34,836 bases of DNA from an uncultured Planctomycetales bacterium (lineage in GTDB: Bacteria > Omnitrophota > Gorgyraeia > Zapsychrales > Fredricksoniimonadaceae), in contig CAYNTZ010000002.1 of NCBI GenBank assembly GCA_964400365.1, positions 1 through 34,836 of the forward strand. The letters run 5' to 3'. A program made the translations under genes and the position numbers. Positions 9,118 to 17,751 of the stretch are shown piece after piece. Every line of letters begins with the position of its first letter. Within the stretch, counting starts at the first letter, position 1. The notes below the pieces were generated by a model. It was not told the DNA's origin and searched no databases. It was given only the letters and a program-made list of their open reading frames with translations.

Positions 9118-9309
9118 ATGGATAATACATTTTTAGCAGGGGGTATAGATGTTGCAGGTTATGGGATTGAGGCGGCGTCATGCAAGGCATTTGACCTTGA
9201 AGATTACAGTTGGAAGATCCTCCAGAAAGCGTATGAACGTTATGAGCAGACCGGCAGCATTGGCGATGAACTTTGCCATTGGTTAAAAATCCAGGAGGTA
9301 GGCGTATGA
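9118..9309 (+). CDS. Small hypothetical protein (63 aa)
   Basis: A strong RBS (AAAGGAGG) lies 5 nt upstream. The stop overlaps the next start (ATGA). I recognise no family. Confidence 0.5.
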   Translation: MDNTFLAGGIDVAGYGIEAASCKAFDLEDYSWKILQKAYERYEQTGSIGDELCHWLKIQEVGV

Positions 9310-9812
9310 TAAGCCGTTGTGGAATATTAAAGAAAATGGATCTTTTGCACCTGCTTTATGGGGCAAAAAACCATGTGCAGCCGGGGGCGCCGTTATTTGA
9401 TAAGGAAAAGCTTGAGACATCAGCATGCCTTGAGTATGTGTTGTCGTCGTGTTATAAGTCATTGGTTTTCTTAATACATAACCGTCATGCTCGTAAAGAA
9501 TTTCAGCATTTAGCAGAACGTTCCACCCTGCACCAGGAACAGCTCATGAAATTGCTCGAGCACGACATGGATAGTGAGCACAATGTTGAGTTAAAAAGAG
9601 AAGGGTATATATCTAACCTGAATATTGAACAATTGCCCCTTGTGGGGATATTGCGTTTAAGCATTGGCATGGCTGAGCACACCTTGGATATTTATAAATA
9701 CCTAAGCCGCACCTGCCCGCAATATGGCAGCTTGCTTGATCGTTTGGTGCAGGACAATATGGAAGAGATTGATTTTTTGCGTAGTGAGTTAGAGTTTCAT
9801 CAGCAGGATTAA
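9306..9812 (+). CDS. Hypothetical helical protein (168 aa)
   Basis: I chose the ATG at 9306 because it follows AGGAGG and overlaps the upstream stop. The composition looks helical. Any ferritin-like resemblance is weak and I do not assert it. Confidence 0.5.
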   Translation: MISRCGILKKMDLLHLLYGAKNHVQPGAPLFDKEKLETSACLEYVLSSCYKSLVFLIHNRHARKEFQHLAERSTLHQEQLMKLLEHDMDSEHNVELKREGYISNLNIEQLPLVGILRLSIGMAEHTLDIYKYLSRTCPQYGSLLDRLVQDNMEEIDFLRSELEFHQQD

Positions 9813-9846
9813 ACGCCTCCAGTAGGGGATCCCACCAGTATAGAGA

Positions 9847-12375
9847 TTAAGGACAGATAATTCCAGTATTACAGGTAACGGTATTAACCGGTGCTGCACC
9901 ACTACACTGACCAGGGGCAGGTTGGCCTAAGGTTGTATTAACGCAGGTCATAGTTTCAGTTTGTGTGCCTTGGAGTTGGCCACTTTGGCAGACACCAGTT
10001 GATGTGCAGGTGCTAAAACTGCCGCTTCCCTGCCAAGCAAAGGCACATCCGCTATAATCACTGCAACCTTGTGATTCAATGGGTCTATTAGGTTGAGCAG
10101 GGCATTTACTAGTATCAGGGTCGAACACGTTGTTGGTTGCTTCATAACAACGGTAGGTGCGGGTTTGTGTGCTTGTTCCGCAATTAGTGTTACACGCTCC
10201 ATAATTAGGTGCAGGGCTTTCCCAGCGATAAGAACATGCATTTGTACAGACCTGAGATGTTGCTGGTGGAGGTTGAGGGCAAAAACTTGGATCCACAGGA
10301 GGACATTCACATACTTCTTCTTGGGTAATGGGATCAATAAAGCAAATTCTGGAATTTGAATCACAAACCCCAGGGATACATTCTACCGTACGGGTAAGGG
10401 TTAGGTTGCACGCTGTTGGCGGGCAAATAAAATTATTTGCTTTCCACGTGTAGGTGCCGCGGCAGGTTGCGGAACAATCACTGACTGTAATGGTTCCTGT
10501 ATTATTGTTACAGCCACAGCTATCAATTCCTGTATTTTTAGGGTCAACGCAGGTATTGCCATCCAAACCTTGTAAATAGGTACAACGTTTGTTTAGATTA
10601 AAGTTGCCACGGTCGCACTCTTCTCCAGTTTCTTGAATGCCGTTTCCGCAGGCATTTTTGACTTTGCAAGCATTATCGCATGTTTGATCAGGGGCGCCAT
10701 TTTTGTTTATACCTAAATCACATTCTTCTATAATTCGCCCTGCATTGGTTGCTGGATCAGTAAGGACACAGCCAATGGTGTTGCCAGCGGTATAGGTACA
10801 TAATGGTGAATTAATTATTCCATCCCCACAAGTTGCTGGAGCAGCAGTACATGATGCGCTGCAAGAGGCAGTGCGTTTACTTTCATCAATGCGGCCGTTG
10901 GGTTGACACCCTTCGATATTACCCGGTACATAGGTGCATGATTCCCCTTGCCCACGTGTCCAACCTTGATCACAATCTTCTTCGGATTCTCGAATACCGT
11001 TACCACATCGGTCGCAACCCTCACATTGCACTGACGTGATGTAAGTTCTATTTTTATTTCCATCCCCTTGCCAGTATCCGCAACGAGCGGAATCTGTGCT
11101 ACAACCAGGGACATTTAAATAAGAACAGCAAAATGGAGCGCTGAAGCCAGAAGAATCAGTAGAGCCATTATTCCATTTATAATTAGGGTGTCTATGCCTC
11201 CATCTCTGTGTTCCATGGCTTATAGCTTTCTCAAAGCCGCTTTCGTAGCACATGCGATTAGCGCTTGTCATGTTAGGCGTGGCGGAACATCCACCACTAC
11301 AAGGGCGTATTGAAGTAGGAGGACCAGTTATTTTTAAACAATCTTGGGGGCATGCTGTGGCATTAACGGTAATCGTCCTAGAAGGACTTCCTGGAATTGT
11401 AAGGGTAATTGGTTTAGCTTCACACGATTCATAATAACCATCATTACGATCGTTTGGATTATTAGGATCATCAAATTCACAAATACCATTGCCGCAACGG
11501 GTGCAGGTCGTGCTATTTTGATTTGCCACATAGGGCAAATTACATTGGATTTCACATTTAAGCGTATCAGTACAGGCAGAAGCACCATTAACAAATTGAA
11601 TGCCTTGGTCTTGAGGGAGATTATAATCATCTCGTATCCCATTACTGCTAAGACATATTTCAGCAATAGGGTGACCTGGATTTGGTTCTGGAGGGATATT
11701 GCCTTGAGGTATGGTCCCTAAGCAAATAGCCGAACAGCTGGGGTCATCATCGTCGCTGGATTCATTGGCATTTGGGTTTGTTGCTGCGCCAGCACGGTCA
11801 AATTCACGCCCAAAGGTATCAACAATACAGCCGATGACAGCGGGGGCTCCGTTGCCGCAGCTTTCAACAATTTCACGTTCCCCGTAATAACAGCCGTTGA
11901 GGGACGAATCAAGGGCAACAGGGGTATAGACAGTAGCCCCTTTGAATTTTTTCCCTGTAGAAGTACGGTTGTTGGCATCATCATCACGGATTTTTCTCCC
12001 GCAATTGCCCCGCACCGCAGGCAGGCAGCAGCTGTTATCAACGATGCATTGTTCTGAAATATAACAGCCGGGGGGATTAAAGTTAAAGTAATGGTAGCGT
12101 TCATTTTCTCGGCAGGTAACGGTTTTGCCTTTTACAGGGCCGCAGGAACCTGCGATATCGGTGACAACGGCGCAGTTGGGGGGCAATTCAACCTGTTCGG
12201 CCGGCACTTGTTTCAGTCGGTCGTTGAAAGAATCCTGCACCTGGTCATCCCACATCTTAAAATGCCCGTTGACCGAACGCAGGACATAGGGCCCCATCAC
12301 CACCACCCCTAACACAACCAGGATGGCAATAATGGAATATTCGATAATGGACTGGCCTTGTTTATTGCGTAGCAT
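9847..12375 (-). CDS. Giant cysteine-rich surface protein with a Flp/Tad-type prepilin-like N-terminus
   Basis: The N-terminus MLRNKQG/QSIIEYSIIAILVVLGVVVMG is a short basic leader, a Gly, xxxIEY and a hydrophobic helix. The remaining ~800 aa hold about 74 Cys by my hand count. They include four CG(N/D)G..E(E/D)CD repeats (RCGNGICEF, RCGNGIRESEEDCDQG, TCGDGII..IEECDLG, ACGNGIQETGEECDRG). C-terminal TSP1-like modules are also present (YRWESPAPNYGACNTNCGTSTQTRTYRC, FAWQGSGSFSTCTSTGVC..). Confidence 0.8.
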   Translation of the reverse strand: MLRNKQGQSIIEYSIIAILVVLGVVVMGPYVLRSVNGHFKMWDDQVQDSFNDRLKQVPAEQVELPPNCAVVTDIAGSCGPVKGKTVTCRENERYHYFNFNPPGCYISEQCIVDNSCCLPAVRGNCGRKIRDDDANNRTSTGKKFKGATVYTPVALDSSLNGCYYGEREIVESCGNGAPAVIGCIVDTFGREFDRAGAATNPNANESSDDDDPSCSAICLGTIPQGNIPPEPNPGHPIAEICLSSNGIRDDYNLPQDQGIQFVNGASACTDTLKCEIQCNLPYVANQNSTTCTRCGNGICEFDDPNNPNDRNDGYYESCEAKPITLTIPGSPSRTITVNATACPQDCLKITGPPTSIRPCSGGCSATPNMTSANRMCYESGFEKAISHGTQRWRHRHPNYKWNNGSTDSSGFSAPFCCSYLNVPGCSTDSARCGYWQGDGNKNRTYITSVQCEGCDRCGNGIRESEEDCDQGWTRGQGESCTYVPGNIEGCQPNGRIDESKRTASCSASCTAAPATCGDGIINSPLCTYTAGNTIGCVLTDPATNAGRIIEECDLGINKNGAPDQTCDNACKVKNACGNGIQETGEECDRGNFNLNKRCTYLQGLDGNTCVDPKNTGIDSCGCNNNTGTITVSDCSATCRGTYTWKANNFICPPTACNLTLTRTVECIPGVCDSNSRICFIDPITQEEVCECPPVDPSFCPQPPPATSQVCTNACSYRWESPAPNYGACNTNCGTSTQTRTYRCYEATNNVFDPDTSKCPAQPNRPIESQGCSDYSGCAFAWQGSGSFSTCTSTGVCQSGQLQGTQTETMTCVNTTLGQPAPGQCSGAAPVNTVTCNTGIICP

Positions 12376-12382
12376 TACTGAA

Positions 12383-12411
12383 AGTATATAACATTAGTCA
12401 GCACAAGGCAA
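12383..12411 (-). promoter_or_regulatory. Candidate promoter giving a leaderless or near-leaderless transcript of the Cys-rich gene
   Basis: On the - strand, TTGCCT, a 17-nt spacer and TATACT are followed by only 7 nt before the ATG. No Shine-Dalgarno sequence is present. Confidence 0.3.
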
Positions 12412-12430
12412 GTATGCTAATATTTCACCC

Positions 12431-13384
12431 ATGATGAGCCAGAAGGGTATTCCTTCGTTATTTCTTGAACGTTTAGCCCAAATTGTGCCGCTGCCCCAAC
12501 AGGCAATAGGTGATTTTTCATTTAGGGCTAAACAAAAAACAGCTTTTAGGGTTAACACCCTTAAGGTTTCTATCGACGAAGTACATGGGCTATTGAGGGA
12601 AGAGGGCATTACCTTTGATGCCGTGCCCTGGTATGCGCCGGCATTTTTAGTTGAAACGGGTGCGGCAAAACTGTTATTGCAACATGCCTTGGCGGCTGAA
12701 GGCAAGATTTATGCCCAGGCGCTTTCTAGTATGGTCCCGGCGGTGGTTTTAGATCCACAACCAGGCGAGCGGGTGCTAGACCTGTGCGCGGCCCCCGGGA
12801 GCAAGACAACCCAGATAGCCGCGCATATGCATAATGAAGGGCAGCTCATCGCCAATGAGGCGATTAAGGCGCGGTTTTTCCGGTTAAAGGCGGTTACGGC
12901 GCTTTTAGGGGCCAAGGCCCGTTTAACCATGGTGGATGGCAGGCGTTATGCCTTACGGGAAGACGAGCCGCCTTTTGACCGCATCTTAGTTGACGCACCT
13001 TGTTCATCCGAGGGGCGGTTTAATGCAGAAGACCCTGACTCCGTCGGTTATTGGAGCAAGCGTAAGATTGAAGAGATGTCCCATAAGCAAAAAGGGCTAT
13101 TGCTGAATGCCGCACGCCTTTTAAAACCGGGGGGCATTTTAGTTTATGCCACCTGCACCTTTGCGCCGGAAGAGAATGAAGAAGTGGTGGATTGGTTTTT
13201 ACGCAAGTCGGATGGCCGTTTTTTCATAGAGCCGGTTGAGGTAAAGGGAATTGCGCGCTACCCTGCTTTAAATGCCTGGGGTAAACGTTGTTTTGCTCAA
13301 GGCATGGAGGCTTGCCTGCGTATTTTACCGGATAAGCAGATGGAAGGTTTTTTTGTGGCTTGTTTACGCTGCCGTGGCGCATGA
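12431..13384 (+). CDS. RNA cytosine-C5 methyltransferase, NOL1/NOP2/Sun (RsmB/RsmF-like) family
   Basis: The SAM-binding motif LDLCAAPGSKT and the catalytic Cys motifs DRILVDAPCSSEG and GGILVYATCT are present. Confidence 0.85.
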   Translation: MMSQKGIPSLFLERLAQIVPLPQQAIGDFSFRAKQKTAFRVNTLKVSIDEVHGLLREEGITFDAVPWYAPAFLVETGAAKLLLQHALAAEGKIYAQALSSMVPAVVLDPQPGERVLDLCAAPGSKTTQIAAHMHNEGQLIANEAIKARFFRLKAVTALLGAKARLTMVDGRRYALREDEPPFDRILVDAPCSSEGRFNAEDPDSVGYWSKRKIEEMSHKQKGLLLNAARLLKPGGILVYATCTFAPEENEEVVDWFLRKSDGRFFIEPVEVKGIARYPALNAWGKRCFAQGMEACLRILPDKQMEGFFVACLRCRGA

Positions 13385-13462
13385 AGTTATCCCCAAATAG
13401 ATGCTTGACCTTAAAGGTTTTTTATACGAGAATTACATAATTATTAATCCGGTATTTTTATA

Positions 13463-14194
13463 ATGACGACGAGTGCGGTAAAGAGAGTGATTTGTGCTAT
13501 CCTGCTTTTTCTTTGGGCGGCCATGGCGCCCGTTTGTGCCCAAAATGCAGAGATTCCAGTTGTTTCCGACGATGAGGTAAGCGTGCAGGAATCTTTAGGT
13601 GCTGAATTGACCGTCAATGTGGTGAGCCTTGTGCTTAACGCGGAACACCGTGATGGGGTTGATTGGAGTGCTATTGTTTCGGATTTCCATAGTGTTGCGC
13701 TTAAGAAACAAGATAATCCGGTTTGGGCGGACAAGAAATATAAGTTAAGTGTCGGTACGGTATCTATCGAGGATTACGCGGTCTTGTTGGAGGCCTTGGA
13801 TACCGTCGGGCAGATGAACCAAACGCCCTACCCGTCATTTAAGATTGGTTTAAATGAAGACAGGACCGAGGTATTAAGCGACGTCATTAGTTTAGGGGTG
13901 CAGATGACGCGCCAGCGCGGCGAAGATGCCCTGTTAACCGTCCAGCCTAATTTAAATTTAGCTAAGATGATGTTAAAGGCAAGGACACAGCTGCCTATTA
14001 AGGATAAGGTGACGATTGTTATCGGCGGGATATTCAGCGAGGAGGAAATAACCAAGATGCATAAGTTTCCCCTGCTGGGTGACCTGCCCCTGGTGGGCTT
14101 GGTTTTTAGGAGCCGTGGGCATTTAATTAAGAAAACAGAAACAGTCATTTTTTTAACAATCAATACAAATGAAATTCCCAATGAAGATTATTAA
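13463..14194 (+). CDS. Secretin-domain-only mini-protein with its own signal peptide
   Basis: The signal peptide is ..LLFLWAAMAPVCAQ. The body aligns to the secretin C-domain (GVDWS.. and the signature KFPLLGDLPLVGLVFRS...TETVIFLT). At only 243 aa, it has no N0-N3 periplasmic domains. Confidence 0.7.
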   Translation: MTTSAVKRVICAILLFLWAAMAPVCAQNAEIPVVSDDEVSVQESLGAELTVNVVSLVLNAEHRDGVDWSAIVSDFHSVALKKQDNPVWADKKYKLSVGTVSIEDYAVLLEALDTVGQMNQTPYPSFKIGLNEDRTEVLSDVISLGVQMTRQRGEDALLTVQPNLNLAKMMLKARTQLPIKDKVTIVIGGIFSEEEITKMHKFPLLGDLPLVGLVFRSRGHLIKKTETVIFLTINTNEIPNEDY

Positions 14195-15215
14195 CCATCT
14201 TGTTATGGCCATTGGTTTGGTTGTGCTGCTTCAAGGCTGCGGCGGCCGGCCCGTGCAGGTGCCACCGCCTGCGCCTGGTATTGCGTTAAAAGATATTTGC
14301 GCTAAGTATAATATGCAGTGGCAATGGGATGGGGTGACCCAGGTTGTCTTGTTGGAATATAAAAGCAATAAGGCAAAGGCCTTGGTGGGCAGCAATGTGG
14401 TGTTGCTGGGCAAGGAAAAGATATTTTTAAACGCGCCGTTGCGCAGGGTTAATAGCACGATTTATGTGCCGGAAGATTTTGAAGCCAAGGTGATTGGGCC
14501 TTTTGGGATAACCATTGGCAAGGCCGGGCTGGGGGATCCAGCGCAATCTAAGGTGAGGTCTGTTGTGATTGATGCTGGGCATGGGGGGAAGGATCCTGGG
14601 GCCCAGGGTGTCAGCGGGGTCTTGGAAAAAGATGTTGTCCTTGATATTTCTAAACGCTTAAAGCTATTGTTGGAGGAAGCGGGTCTGAAGGTAATCATGA
14701 CCCGGGAGAGCGATGTTTTTATCACCTTGCAGCAGCGCACTGAAATTGCCACTAAATCTAATGCTGATTTATTTGTCAGTGTGCATGCTAATTCCAACCC
14801 GTCCCGCAAGATGCAGGGGATTGAAGTTTATTATGTCAAGACAACGCATAAGAAGGATTTAGATGAAGAACAGCGCCAGAAAAATGAGAAATCTTTTGTG
14901 GCGCGTTTAAATGCGGACAATAATGCCAAGATGGTCAGTATTATCGCGGATATGCTTTACGCGTTTAAGGTGGGGGAGTCCAGCAAGATAGCGCAATCAA
15001 TGGTGCAGCGCATGTCGGGCCATGTGGATGCGCCTAATCGGGGGCATCGTTCCTGTCGTTTCTTTGTCGTGCGCAATACCTTGGTGCCCGCCGTCTTGGT
15101 TGAGACGGGTTTCTTGACCAACCGCCAGGAAGAAAAAAAATTGGGCACTGGTTCTTATCGCCAGAAACTAGCTGAATCCCTTGCGCGCAGTATCTTAGAT
15201 TATGCCTCCAATTAA
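14169..15215 (+). CDS. N-acetylmuramoyl-L-alanine amidase (Amidase_3, AmiA/B/C-like) lipoprotein
   Basis: The lipobox LLQGC is followed by an N-terminal beta-rich targeting domain. The catalytic motifs are VVIDAGHGGKDPGA, ADLFVSVHANS and VLVETGFLTN. It overlaps the mini-secretin gene by 26 nt. Confidence 0.85.
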   Translation: MKFPMKIINHLVMAIGLVVLLQGCGGRPVQVPPPAPGIALKDICAKYNMQWQWDGVTQVVLLEYKSNKAKALVGSNVVLLGKEKIFLNAPLRRVNSTIYVPEDFEAKVIGPFGITIGKAGLGDPAQSKVRSVVIDAGHGGKDPGAQGVSGVLEKDVVLDISKRLKLLLEEAGLKVIMTRESDVFITLQQRTEIATKSNADLFVSVHANSNPSRKMQGIEVYYVKTTHKKDLDEEQRQKNEKSFVARLNADNNAKMVSIIADMLYAFKVGESSKIAQSMVQRMSGHVDAPNRGHRSCRFFVVRNTLVPAVLVETGFLTNRQEEKKLGTGSYRQKLAESLARSILDYASN

Positions 15216-16020
15216 TGTGCCCAACAACGATTCGATTGGTGTCTTTGATTCCGGCTTAGGCGGATTGACCGTGGTTAAGGAATTAATCCATCATTTGCCT
15301 AATGAGCGCATTGTTTATTTTGGTGACACTGCCCGGGTGCCTTATGGGACAAAATCCAAGGAAACCATATTAAGGTATTCCAGGGAAATTGTTCAGGTCT
15401 TATTGAAGCGCCGGGTGAAATTAATTGTGGTGGCTTGTAATACTGCTTCGAGCTTGGCATTGGATGAATTAGTGGCGGAATTCAAGGTGCCGATTATCGG
15501 TGTTATTGAGCCAGGGGCGAAGAAAGCTGCGGCATCAACGCGTAATAATCGGGTTGGTATTATCGCCACATCGTCGACAATTAAAAGCGAGCGTTACGCC
15601 CAGGAGTTGCTTAAGGCCCGGAAAGACGTGCAGGTGTTTTCTAAAGCGTGCCCTTTATTTGTGCCCTTGGTTGAAGAAGGGTGGTTTGACCATGCTGTCA
15701 CCTACCAGGTGGCGCAAGAATATTTAGTTCAAATGAAAAAGAATAAGATAGACACGTTAATCTTAGGATGCACCCATTACCCCTTGCTTAAGGGGGTGTT
15801 GCATAATGTCATGGGTGCGCAGGTTAATTTGGTTGATTCAGCCCAGGAGGTGGCCTTGCAAGCCAAGGCCGTATTAATGGGCAAGGGCATGCTGCGCACG
15901 CAATTGGGGCCGGCAAAGCATACCTTTATGGTAAGTGATGAGCCCCAAGGTTTCCAACGGTTAGCCGTACGCTTTTTAGGCGGTGGCGTCAGGGAAGTAG
16001 AAAGGTATACCAATGTTTGA
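15202..16020 (+). CDS. murI: Glutamate racemase
   Basis: The motifs IGVFDSGLGGLTV, VVACNTAS and GCTHYPLL are present. Confidence 0.9.
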   Translation: MPPINVPNNDSIGVFDSGLGGLTVVKELIHHLPNERIVYFGDTARVPYGTKSKETILRYSREIVQVLLKRRVKLIVVACNTASSLALDELVAEFKVPIIGVIEPGAKKAAASTRNNRVGIIATSSTIKSERYAQELLKARKDVQVFSKACPLFVPLVEEGWFDHAVTYQVAQEYLVQMKKNKIDTLILGCTHYPLLKGVLHNVMGAQVNLVDSAQEVALQAKAVLMGKGMLRTQLGPAKHTFMVSDEPQGFQRLAVRFLGGGVREVERYTNV

Positions 16021-16375
16021 AATTACAGTGCGTGACCATATTGCCTCAGCGCATCAATTGCTCGGTTACAATGGCCCTTGTGCCATGATGCATGGGCATA
16101 CCTGGCACATTGAAGTGACGGTTAAGGGTGAAGGTTTAGACAAGATTGGCTTATTAACGGATTTTAAAGAGTTGAAGATGAAATTAAAGGAAGTGTTGGG
16201 TCCCATTGACCATGTGGTATTAAATGATTTGCCCGCGTTTAAAGGTGTAAATCCATCAACGGAGAATTTGGCGCGTTATGTGTATGCTGCCTTTAAACTT
16301 AAGGTTGCGCCCCTGGTGTTAAAGCAGGTGCAGGTTTGGGAGTCTGATACGGCTTCCGTTGTTTATTATGAATAA
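16013..16375 (+). CDS. queD: 6-carboxy-5,6,7,8-tetrahydropterin synthase
   Basis: At 120 aa, it carries SAHQL..HGHTWHIEV, the His triad and Cys context typical of QueD. Confidence 0.9.
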   Translation: MFEITVRDHIASAHQLLGYNGPCAMMHGHTWHIEVTVKGEGLDKIGLLTDFKELKMKLKEVLGPIDHVVLNDLPAFKGVNPSTENLARYVYAAFKLKVAPLVLKQVQVWESDTASVVYYE

Positions 16376-17024
16376 AGCTATCGTATTACTTTCCGGCGGG
16401 CTCGATTCTGCGACAACGCTATATGACGCTAAGTCAAAAGGCTATGATTGCCACTGCCTGATTTTTGATTATAATCAGCGTCACCGCAAGGAAATTAAGC
16501 AGGCTAAGGCTGTGGCAAAGGCGGCTGCTTGCAGCTATGCTTGCGTGAAGATTGCCTTGCCGTGGAAGGGATCGGCGCTGTTGGATAAGAATATTCGTGT
16601 TCCTCAAGGTGGCAAGCTTGATGCTAAGAAGATACCAGCCACCTATGTCCCGGCACGTAATATTATTTTCTTAAGTTTTGCCGCTTCTTTTGCCGAAGCC
16701 ATTGGCGCACGGCATATCTTTATCGGGGCTAATGCGGTTGATTATTCTGGCTATCCTGATTGCCGCCCGGAATTCATTAAAGCCTACCAGGCGATGTTGG
16801 CTAAAGGATTAAAATCAAGCGTCGAGGGAAAATCGATTAAGGTGCAGACGCCGTTGATTCGCATGAGCAAGGCGCAGATTGTACGGTTAGCCGTGAAGCT
16901 AAAGGTGCCGACTAAATTAACTTGGTCGTGTTATAACGGGGGAGCAAGGCCCTGCGGGGTTTGTGATTCCTGCCGCCTGCGTGCCAAAGGTTTTGCAGAA
17001 GCTAAACAAGAAGACCTGTCATGA
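16368..17024 (+). CDS. queC: 7-cyano-7-deazaguanine synthase
   Basis: It has the PP-loop AIVLLSGGLDSAT and the C-terminal Zn cluster CYNG..CGVCDSC. I prefer the ATG at 16368 to the TTG at 16359. Confidence 0.9.
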   Translation: MNKAIVLLSGGLDSATTLYDAKSKGYDCHCLIFDYNQRHRKEIKQAKAVAKAAACSYACVKIALPWKGSALLDKNIRVPQGGKLDAKKIPATYVPARNIIFLSFAASFAEAIGARHIFIGANAVDYSGYPDCRPEFIKAYQAMLAKGLKSSVEGKSIKVQTPLIRMSKAQIVRLAVKLKVPTKLTWSCYNGGARPCGVCDSCRLRAKGFAEAKQEDLS

Positions 17025-17713
17025 TAAAAGCTAAAATCGTTGAAATATTCCGTTCCATTCAAGGCGAGGGCCCTTACGCCGGGCAGATGCAGGTTTTTGT
17101 GCGTTTCTTTGAATGCAATATGCATTGTGTCTGGTGTGATACCCCGCAGTCTATCGGTGATGGTAAGCGGGAATTTACCCAATATACCCCGCAAGAATTG
17201 ATTGAGGCGATTAAGCCTTTAACGAAGAATGCCCATGCGCTGAGCATTACCGGTGGGGAGCCTCTTATTCAAGCGGATTTCTTAAAAGAATTCCTGCCGT
17301 TAGCGAAGAAATTAAAATTAAAGATTTACTTAGATACCAATGGCACGCTTCCTGAGCAACTAAAGAAGGTGCTGTCACTTCTTGATATTATCGCGATGGA
17401 TTTTAAACTGCCTTCTTCGACTAAGGAGAAGTCATATTGGAAGGAGCATGAGGCTTTTGCCCGTTTGTCGAGGCGCAAGGAATTGTTTGTTAAGATTGTA
17501 ACGACCAAGCAAACGCAGTGGTCGGATTTTAAGCGTTCGCTGGATATTTTGAAAAAATCAGCGCCGCGGACATGGGTGTATATCCAGCCAAGCTATGGGG
17601 AATTAAAGACCGGGATTATTGATCATTGCCTGGAATTCTATGATAAGGCCGTGCCAGTGTATCCACATATCAAATTATTCCCCCAAGTGCATAAAATTAT
17701 GGGCATACAATAA
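17021..17713 (+). CDS. queE: 7-carboxy-7-deazaguanine synthase (radical SAM)
   Basis: It has EIFRSIQGEGPYAGQ and the radical-SAM cluster motif CNMHCVWCDT. Confidence 0.9.
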   Translation: MIKAKIVEIFRSIQGEGPYAGQMQVFVRFFECNMHCVWCDTPQSIGDGKREFTQYTPQELIEAIKPLTKNAHALSITGGEPLIQADFLKEFLPLAKKLKLKIYLDTNGTLPEQLKKVLSLLDIIAMDFKLPSSTKEKSYWKEHEAFARLSRRKELFVKIVTTKQTQWSDFKRSLDILKKSAPRTWVYIQPSYGELKTGIIDHCLEFYDKAVPVYPHIKLFPQVHKIMGIQ

Positions 17714-17751
17714 ATGGTGCTAAGTATTATTTAATTATTCTTCCTATTATT

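Noticed and set aside
9813-9846. GGGGATCCC and the repeated CCAGTA between two convergent genes could be a bidirectional terminator.
   Set aside because: The palindrome has no loop and only 8-9 nt, and there are no flanking T or A runs. It is not a convincing hairpin terminator.
9948-12312. Several 60-140-aa ORFs lie in alternative frames or antisense within the Cys-rich gene (e.g. 9948-10364, 10093-10359, 10815-11114, 11334-11666, 11344-11721, 11718-12104, 12091-12312).
   Set aside because: All are nested in the 842-aa ORF, have no RBS or recognisable motifs, and have odd compositions. They are frame shadows of a long gene.
12418-12431. TAATAT lies 7 nt before the methyltransferase ATG and could be a second leaderless promoter.
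   Set aside because: There is no acceptable -35 at 17 nt (the best is TTAGTC at 18 nt). One hexamer alone is not evidence.
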